This document shows, one piece after another, positions 37,468-45,534 of a stretch of 45,534 nucleotides of DNA. Origin of the DNA: Octopus bimaculoides (lineage: Eukaryota); NCBI RefSeq assembly GCF_001194135.2, contig NC_068988.1, positions 60,530,753 through 60,576,286 of the forward strand. Direction: 5' to 3'. The notes under the pieces were generated by a model, which was given only the letters and a program-made list of their open reading frames with translations, was not told where the DNA came from and did no database searches. A program made the translations under genes and the position numbers. Numbering within the stretch: the stretch's first letter is position 1; each line of letters opens with the position of its first letter.

Positions 37468-37560
37468 AGCAAGATGAAGGTCTTGATGCATTATCACGTG
37501 TCATTTCTCACCAAAAACAAATGGCAGTGGACATTGGCAATGAATGTGATACACAGAATG
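37468..37560 (+). CDS. STX8: Syntaxin-8 exon 6 (93 nt), N-terminal half of Qc-SNARE motif
   Basis: tttgtag|AG CAA GAT GAA...CAG AAT G|gtaatt encodes QDEGLDALSRVISHQKQMAVDIGNECDTQN, compared with human QDAGLDALSSIISRQKQMGQEIGNELDEQN. Confidence 0.96.
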
Positions 37561-38005
37561 GTAATTATTTTATTATTGACTTCACCCCCTTTTCTTTTAC
37601 TTGATGTAAATTCTTGTTCTTGTTTGTTGCCCCCCCCCCCTTCCTCTTAGTTTCATCTTTGTATTGTTTTCAACATCTTGAGCCCTCCTTATCTGTAATG
37701 TAATTGTCCTTCACCTTTTCCTTTCCATACTGATATTTACCACCAACCACACCTCCAACCCCTTTTTTCAATCATCACATTTATTTCTACCATCTGTTAC
37801 TCTCCTCCCATATTCTTATGAAATTACATCCCCCCCATTTCTTCCTTCCTGCTCCACAGTCTATATCGGTGTTTCTCAACCCTTCTTTTTACCTATGATC
37901 CCTTTGATTTGTATTTTACTCTTCTAGACCCCTAATAGCTATTCAATGTTTTAAAAACATCCCATTTCCCTCCTCTCTGTTAGGAGGCACATTATTAGGA
38001 ATTAT

Positions 38006-38398
38006 GGAGGCGCAATGGCCCAGTGGTTAGGGCAGCGGACTTGCGGTCATAAGATCGCGGTTTCGATTCCCAGACCCGGCGTTGTGAGTGTTTATTGAGC
38101 GAAAACACCTAAAAAGGTCCACGAGGCTCCGGCAGGGGATGGTGGCGAACCCTGCTGTACTCTTTCACCACAACTTTCTCTCACTCTTACTTCCTGTTTC
38201 TGTTGTGCCTGTAATTCAAAGGGTCAGCCTTGTCACACTGTGTCACGCTGAATATCCCCGAGAACTACGTTAAGGGTACACGTGTCTGTGGAGTGCTCAG
38301 CCACTTGCACGTTAATTTCACGAGCAGGCTGTTCCGTTGATCGGATCAACTGGAACCCTCGACGTCGTAAGCGATGGAGTGCCAACAACAACAACAAC
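38006..38398 (+). mobile_element. tRNA-headed SINE family B, full length, with target-site duplication
   Basis: A box TGGCCCAGTGG, B box GTTTCGATTCC and a (CAA)n tail. The TSD is attaggaatt(a/g)t at 37994-38005 and 38399-38410. Confidence 0.92.
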
Positions 38399-38787
38399 AT
38401 TAGGAATTGTATAAAAAGATTTTTTTTAATATTTGGTGTATTGTAGTAGTATAAACAATTTATTGCACATAAGCTTTAACAACAAAATCTTATTCAACAA
38501 CAAAATCATATGAACCCTGATTAAGAACCATTAGTCTATATTTTTCTTTATACTGGCTTTCTTGTACCTTGGAAGTACACTCTGGCACCCAGTTAACACC
38601 ACCTTTCTCCCTTCCTGCTACTCTCACTTACCCTCACATAATGTGAGGAAGCCATATATCTCCTCTAAAGCAAGACACCCATGCTTTTCCCTCTCTCATA
38701 CTTTCTACAAGCACAGCCAGCTGTACCCTGTATGCCCTAAATTCTATAAATTCCTGTAATTAACCTGTCATCTTTTGTTCCTTTCAG

Positions 38788-38889
38788 AAATTATTGATGA
38801 CATAGGGGACCATATGGACAAAATTAATGAACGACTTATTAAGGAGACAAGACACATCAAAATTGTTGACAAGAAGTCCAACACTTGCT
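38788..38889 (+). CDS. STX8: Syntaxin-8 exon 7 (102 nt), C-terminal half of SNARE motif
   Basis: ctttcag|AA ATT ATT GAT...ACT TGC T|gtaagt encodes EIIDDIGDHMDKINERLIKETRHIKIVDKKSNTC, compared with human EIIDDLANLVENTDEKLRNETRRVNMVDRKSASC. Confidence 0.96.
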
Positions 38890-38989
38890 GTAAGTCAGAT
38901 TTCTTTTTGTTTTTTCTGCTTTATTTTATATATTGTCAGTGTCCTTTGATATGTGTGCATGTGAGTATATACATATATATAGAGATATT

Positions 38990-39245
38990 GTCATCATCAT
39001 CATCATCATTGTTATTGTCATTGTCATCATTATCATCATCATCATCATCATCATCATCGTTGTCATTTTCGTCATCATCATCATCATTGTTGTTGTTGTT
39101 GTCATCTTGATTGTCATCATCATCGTTGTTGTCATTTTCGTCATCATCATCATTGTTGTTGTTGTCATCATGATCATTATCACCCTGATCGTCATCTTCA
39201 TCATCATCATCATCATCATCATTATCATCATCTTCATCATCATTT
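38990..39245. repeat. Degenerate (CAT/TGT)n trinucleotide array
   Basis: Directly visible. It explains the poly-I, poly-M and poly-D pseudo-ORFs. Confidence 0.95.
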
Positions 39246-39673
39246 AATGTCCACTTTTCCATGCTTGCATGGGTCGGACGGAATTTGTTGAGGTAGATTT
39301 TCTATAGCTCGATGCCCTTAATGTTGCCAACTTTCACCTGTTTCCAAGCAAGTTAATATTTCCCCATGGCCACATGTGGTTTTCATGGAACACTGGAAAC
39401 AAGCAACATCTCTTGTATGATGGTGATGCTTATTTACAACGATCACATGATGTCAAGACAAGGGTATATACACATGCATACATATACATACATATATAGA
39501 TATGTGATGGGCTTCTTTCAGTTTCTATCTACTAAATTCACTCACAAGGCTTTGGTTGAACTTGTGCTATTGTAGAAACCATTTGCCCAAGGTAGTGTAC
39601 TATAGGAGTGAACCAAGGACCACATGGTTTGGAAGCAAGCTTGTTTACCACACAGCCATACCCTTGCCTATGT

Positions 39674-40059
39674 TGTTGTTGTTGGCACTCCGTCACTTAC
39701 AATGTCGAGGGTTCCAGTTGATCCGATCAACGGAACAGCCTGCTCGTGAAATTAACGTGCAAGTCGCTGAGCACTCCACAGACACGTGTACCCTTAACGT
39801 AGTTCTCGGGGATATTCAGCGTGACACAATGTGACAAGGCTGACCCTTTGAATTACAGGCACAACAGAAACAGGAAGTAAGAGTGAGAGAAAATTGTGGT
39901 GAAAGAGTACAGCAGGGTTCGTCACCATCCCCTGCCGGAGCCTCGTGGAGCTTTTAGGTGTTTTCGGTCAATAAACACTCACAATACCCGGTCTGAGAAT
40001 CGAAACCGCGATCTTACGACCGCGAGTTCGCTGCCCTAATCACTAGACATTGCACCTCC
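39674..40059 (-). mobile_element. SINE family B, full length, with perfect 14-bp TSD
   Basis: Reverse complement of 38006-38398. The TSD acccttgcctatgt is at 39660-39673 and 40060-40073. It inserted at the 5' end of a family A head. Confidence 0.92.
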
Positions 40060-40514
40060 ACCCTTGCCTATGTATATATAGAAATACTGTGTATGGATGT
40101 GTATTTTTGTGTGAAGACATGAATATATTGCATGTGTGTATGAAGGTTCCTATATTTGTTTAGGTATGTTTGTGTTTGTGTTTGTGAAATCATAGTCATG
40201 GCCTGTACAAGTGACACTTGACAGGCACCCGTACCAGTGACATATAAAAGGGACTCGTGCTGGTGACATGCCTTTTGCCAGTGACACATAAAAGGCACTT
40301 GTGCTGGTGACAAGTAAAAGTCACCCAGTACACTCTGTGGAGTGGTTGGCATTAAGAAGAGCCTCCAGCCATAGAAACCAAGCGAAAACAGACTGGAGCC
40401 TGGTGCAGCTCTCCAGCTTATCAGTTCTAGTCAAACTGTCTAACCCATGCCGGCATGGAAAACGGACACTAAATGCTGACGATGTATGTGTTTGCATATA
40501 TATGGTGAAGAAGG

Positions 40515-40845
40515 CACTTGTGCCCGCGGCATGTGTAAGGACTTTCGAGCGAGATCATTGCCAGTGCCTCTGGACTGGCTCTTGTGCAGGTGGCACATAA
40601 AATACACCATTTTGAGCGTGGCCGTTGCCAGTACCGCCTGACTGGCCTTCGTGCTGGTGGCATGTAAAAGTACCCACTACACTCTGAGTGGTTGGCGTTA
40701 GTAAGGGCATCCAGTTGTAGAAACTCTGCCAAATAAGATTGGAGCCTGGTGTAGCCATCTGGTTTCACCAGTCCTCAGTCAAATCGTCCAACCCATGCTA
40801 GCATGGAAAGCGGACGTTAAACGACGATGATGATGATGATGATGA
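40515..40845 (+). mobile_element. Family C RTE 3'UTR copy
   Basis: Near-identical to 41580-41862. An older copy directly precedes it at about 40190-40485. Confidence 0.88.
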
Positions 40846-41544
40846 AAACTTGTAATCAACATGCTTGTAAATTTACAGTTTGACATAATTATGAAATTTC
40901 TAAGCATATTCTTAATGCTTTTGGTAAATTTAGCTAGAATTTTACCCTTTTTAATGACTCTGATATTAGTGTTATCATGCATGCCAGAAAGTCTTTATCA
41001 TTATATTTAAGGTAGTTTCTGTTTTTTTTTAGAATCAAACATAATGGTATTGAGCTCCTTTCATGTGACTATGTGCTCTTAGGATGGGGCTGAGGTGTGT
41101 GAGTTAGTATGATCGTATATGTTTTAGACTCATTTGTAGAGAAAGTCAGAAAAGAATTCATTGCTAGAATTTAACAAGTTGAATGGAAGCAGTAGTATGA
41201 TGAATTCATTGAAGATGCCTAAGTGGCACAATCCAGATCCTTCAGAATATGTCTTTGACCATGCTGTGACTGAGAAGTAGTGCCGTCATCATCATCATCA
41301 TCACCCTTCACAAATTCTATCACCATCGTTATCTCCTCCTCCTCCTCCTCCTCCTCACCACCACCCCTACTAAGCTACTTGTACAATTGTTGTTACATTG
41401 TGTATAAGAGTATTTATGTACATATGCATGTAAATATACATTCATCTTCATCATTATCATCCTCAACTTCATCATTGCTTAATGCCTCTTTTCTATGACT
41501 GCATGGAAGTAAAATTATTTGTGTTTGCATATTATATATGGAAA

Positions 41545-41862
41545 TGTGCTGTGCGTGAGAAGACCCGGCAAGCCAAGTGAGATCATTGCCAGTGCCCCTG
41601 GACTGGCTCTTGTGCAGGTAGCACATAAGATGCACCATTTTGAGCGTGGCCGTTGCCAGTACCGCCTGACTGGCCTTCGTGCGGGTGACACGTAAAAGCA
41701 CCCACTACACTCTCTGAGCGGTTGGCGTTAGGAAGGACATCCAGCTGAAGAAACTCTGCCAAATTAGATTGGAGCTTGGTGTTGCCAACCGGTTTCACCA
41801 GTCCTCAGTCAAATCGTCCAACCCATGCTAGCATGGAAAGCGGACGTTAAACGATGATGATA
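41545..41862 (+). mobile_element. Family C: 5'-truncated RTE LINE end (last codons, 3'UTR and GAT tail)
   Basis: It starts ...AVREKTRQAK*, equivalent to VIEKTWQVK* at 37040, and ends ccaacccatgctagcatggaaagcggacgttaaacgatgatgat. Confidence 0.88.
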
Positions 41863-42489
41863 ATGTGCACACACACACACACACATACACATAATTTATA
41901 TATATATATACCTACATACATCATTCAACTATGGTAGTAATTGAATAACATTCTTAAGGCTGCAATTTACTCACATACAGCACCTTCAGAGCTTTGTCAC
42001 TAAATCACTTCTTAACCAAATTGAGAACTGTTAACATTTTTGAAGAGGACTGGTCCCTAGATACATTTTGGCATAAAGAATTGAGATTTGTTCCAGTAGA
42101 AAAAAGTTTACATCAAAATTTGTAGCAACGTTACAGGAGAGTAAGTAATGCCTCCAATCAAATTTAGATCTAAATAACTTTTTTATTTTAAAAGCAAAAT
42201 ATATTTATCTTAGCTTCAATGATAGAAGAAAGCATGAGGAATTTCATAGTTTTGCTCCCATGCAACAAAAATTTGTATCAAAAAATCTGTGAAGTAAAAT
42301 ATCATGCAAAAATGTAAGACAAAAATATGGATTTAAGTATAACTTTTTTATTGGGTCAAGACTAAAAATGCAAAGACTCGGCAATTAGTCATGCAAATTT
42401 TACTGTGAATTTGTTGGTATAGGTAGATTTTACTGTAATATATAACTAATTTTTGTATTATTCTATTTATTGTACTAATTATATACTAC

Positions 42490-43338
42490 TACTAGCTGTT
42501 TTTCCCGGTTTCACTCGGGCAGTGTGGTGGATTTGGTTAAAGGCTATTTCCTATGCATATTTTGAATAATAAAAAGAACTTAAAATTAAAAAAGCAAAAA
42601 TTCCAAAAACAAAAAACAGTAGGAACAACCCAAAAACAATACGATGCTAAGGATTTTGCGGGTCGATATTGTAAAACTAACTTCACATGTGTACCCATAA
42701 CCCCATGTAGTCATGGAACCTTATTTTTGGTATAACCTCGCCTTATAAGAAAAATATATGGTAGTGCGGTTGTTGCATTGGCGACACAAGAATGTTAATC
42801 GAAACTGTTCAAGATCAATCATAGGTTGGGCGTTCATGTACACTGATTAGAATTGTGAATTTCAATTACTGAAAACGCGTTCCCGGATGGATACAGTTGT
42901 GCAGAGTCCGTTTGTCTCAATATGGAGAAGCTGTTTGAATGTCGACGTTTGAAGACATTTGTAACTGAAGTTTAAAAAAACATAGTAATCAGAAAGAGCG
43001 TAAGCTATAGTTTTTTTTTTTTAATGCATAAAAAATTGAAATTATTTTTTTTCTGTGCCTCTGATTAAAATTTTCGAAAAACAAACCCAGCCACATTACT
43101 TGGAAAAAAAAAAAATCTTTATTGTGCTNNNNNNNNNNNNNNNNNNNNNNNNNNNNNNNNNNNNNNNNNNNNNNNNNNNNNNNNNNNNNNNNNNNNNNNN
43201 NNNNNNNNNNNNNNNNNNNNNNNNNNNNNNNNNNNNNNNNNNNNNNNNNNNNNNNNNNNNNNNNNNNGAATCTGCCGACACTCAATCAATCAATCAATCA
43301 ATCAAGCAATCAAGAACACTGCAATTTATAGTATAGAT
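42490..43338 (+). mobile_element. Non-autonomous Helitron-like element spanning an N-gap
   Basis: 5' TACTAG with a short cccg...cggg stem (42504-42519). The 3' end has a (TCAA)n tract and ...atttatagtatagat, and a similar 3' end occurs at 190-421. Confidence 0.55.
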
Positions 43339-44734
43339 TATTTTTTATAACCTATTTTCAAATTTCTAATTATTAATTAATAATTAAAAAAACAGAATTT
43401 TTTTAAAGGGGAAAAATATTTTGAGTATTTTTAATCTTTAATAGAAATAACAAGTAATAACAAATAGAAGTAATAACTTGTAATAAAATTTTTAGTTTTA
43501 ATAAAAGCTAATATTTTCTAAATCTGAATATTTTATTTGAAATTTTATCCTTAGCTGCAATATTTTAAGTAAAAATTTCTTGTCATGAACTTTTCCAAAT
43601 GTAATAATTTGTCCTGTACTTTCCCAGGTTTATAATCTTAACAATATTATTTCTCTTGCTCGCATTTTTCCATGTAATATATATATATGTATATGTATGT
43701 ATGCCAACATGGAGAATGAGTGTTAAATGATTATATACACATACACTTAAATATTTGTATACACTAATATATTGTAGTGTATACAAACAATACCTATGTA
43801 TGTATGTATGTATGTGTATATATATTTATACAAATCTTGATATTTGTGTGTGTGTACACAAGCATTTATATAAGCATATGTGGTTAGATATATANNNNNN
43901 NNNNNNNNNNNNNNNNNNNNNNNNNNNNNNNNNNNNNNNNNNNNNNNNNNNNNNNNNNNNNNNNNNNNNNNNNNNNNNNNNNNNNNNNNNNNNNNNNNNN
44001 NNNNNNNNNNNNNNNNNNNNNNNNNNNNNNNNNNNNNNNNNNNNNNNNNNNNNNNNNNNNNNNNNNNNNNNNNNNNNNNNNNNNNNNNNNNNNNNNNNNN
44101 NNNNNNNNNNNNNNNNNNNNNNNNNNNNNNNNNNNNNNNNNNNNNNNNNNNNNNNNNNNNNNNNNNNNNNNNNNNNNNNNNNNNNNNNNNNNNNNNNNNN
44201 NNNNNNNNNNNNNNNNNNNNNNNNNNNNNNNNNNNNNNNNNNNNNNNNNNNNNNNNNNNNNNNNNNNNNNNNNNNNNNNNNNNNNNNNNNNNNNNNNNNN
44301 NNNNNNNNNNNNNNNNNNATATATATATATATATATATAATGTATGTATGTATATTCATGTATATAATGCATATATCTTGGTACATGCATGCACATATTT
44401 CACTATTTATAGAGCTTATGTATATAATACATTTTGTTATTTATATATATAAATATTTAGCATCACATTTCTCTCCTCTGTCTCTCTGGACTTACTTCTC
44501 TCTAATTCCATTTGTCCATCTCTCTCCCTTGTTTGGCTCCACATACCATCATTCATATAATCTGTTGTCAACGGTCTCACAGGGTCTCCTTCCACAAATT
44601 ATAAGACTTAGTACTAAGGGGTTAAGTATCCTGAAAGATTTTCAACATCCAAAACCCAGTCTCAAACACTTAGCTGTCCTCAATAGAGCAGTTTTTGGGG
44701 CATGCTCTGCTTTCACATCACTTCTAATTATTAT

Positions 44735-45294
44735 TATCATTGAGTGAGAGAGCAGTGCATGCCATCAAAGAGACACCGGGGTAAAATATATGAATCCCAG
44801 TACCCATCATGACTACCTGTCAGATAAGGGTACACCAGGCACATGCATCACAACCATATGTGCAGGACATGGTGATCTCATATCAAGATTAACAGCACAT
44901 GACCTTGCAAGTGGGGCCTAGTTAGAATTTCCTTCAGGTCGAGTAGCCCATCCTGCTCAAAAGGTCCCTGAATAAGGCTTGTTTTAGGATGTTGAACGAA
45001 ATACCCATGTTTCCAAAAGTGAATTATTCAAACCCCGAAGAATTCCTCTCACCACATGGCTATGATGCTCCCCCACTACTTATGCCCGTGATCAGAGATG
45101 AACCCATCGTCAGCCACCAAGGGACATGCTCGACTGGTCTAGGTCAAACAACTGACCAGCAAATCTGTGGGTATTGAACAGAATATTTGCTGTAGCCCAT
45201 GTTCTATAGCAAGACAAAACAATGTACATGATAACACTTCCAATTAATTAAAATCAGAAGACACAAAAGCCACTGCCTGGTACTGCATCAGGTC

Positions 45295-45297
<3 letters not shown>
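44735..45297. mobile_element. Unclassified ~560-bp element flanked on both sides by (ATT)n
   Basis: A complex-sequence block lies between attattattatcat (about 44727-44740) and the long (ATT)n array. It has no convincing ORF. Confidence 0.4.
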
Positions 45298-45385
<88 letters not shown>

Positions 45386-45413
45386 ATTATTATTATTATT
45401 ATTATTATTATTA

Positions 45414-45450
<37 letters not shown>

Positions 45451-45470
45451 CATTATTATTATTATCATCA

Positions 45471-45517
<47 letters not shown>

Positions 45518-45518
45518 T
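45298..45518. repeat. (ATT)n microsatellite
   Basis: Directly visible. Confidence 0.97.
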
Positions 45519-45534
45519 TATGTTTGACTTTTGT

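Noticed and set aside
38006-38085. tRNA-like sequence
   Set aside because: It has A/B boxes but no proper acceptor stem and continues into a SINE body. The heads of families A, E and F were rejected as tRNA genes for the same reason.
38926-39262. Poly-M, poly-I and poly-D ORFs (also 45244-45474, 19591-19785, 32291-32794)
   Set aside because: They are translations of microsatellites.
17608-41798. Recurrent similar short ORFs (VGAFTCH...GNGHAQN)
   Set aside because: They are antisense translations of family C RTE 3'UTR copies, not a gene family or CRISPR-like array.
2182-44452. Long ORFs in the supplied track containing X runs
   Set aside because: They only read through N-gaps.
38890-45534. 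Search for STX8 transmembrane exon 8
   Set aside because: No hydrophobic phase-1 exon with an acceptor was found. It is presumably downstream or in a gap.

Overview
AT-rich, repeat-dense animal genomic DNA with nine N-gaps. The SINE/RTE-LINE/microsatellite landscape looks like an octopus (coleoid cephalopod) scaffold; this is an inference. The one clear host gene is syntaxin-8 (STX8) on the + strand. Six coding exons are visible: 10802-10818, 16793-16892, 19391-19485, 35232-35356, 37468-37560 and 38788-38889. Exon 4 is not visible and probably lies in an N-gap, and the transmembrane exon 8 was not found and probably lies downstream. STX8 intron 3 begins with a U12 (minor-spliceosome) donor, GTATCCTTT. 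A possible small, unrecognised two-exon gene runs divergently from the same promoter region (10557-10496, 7559-7343). The rest is mobile DNA: four tRNA-headed SINE families, about 20 5'-truncated 3'-UTR copies of one RTE LINE, an RTE RT fragment with an internal PHD-like finger, other decayed LINE pieces, a mariner relic, Helitron/Helentron-type elements, MITEs, long hairpins and microsatellites. Several inverted repeat pairs lie inside the STX8 pre-mRNA, including two young opposed SINEs bracketing exon 7. There is no rRNA, real tRNA gene or CRISPR array, and no evidence for a new multi-gene system.
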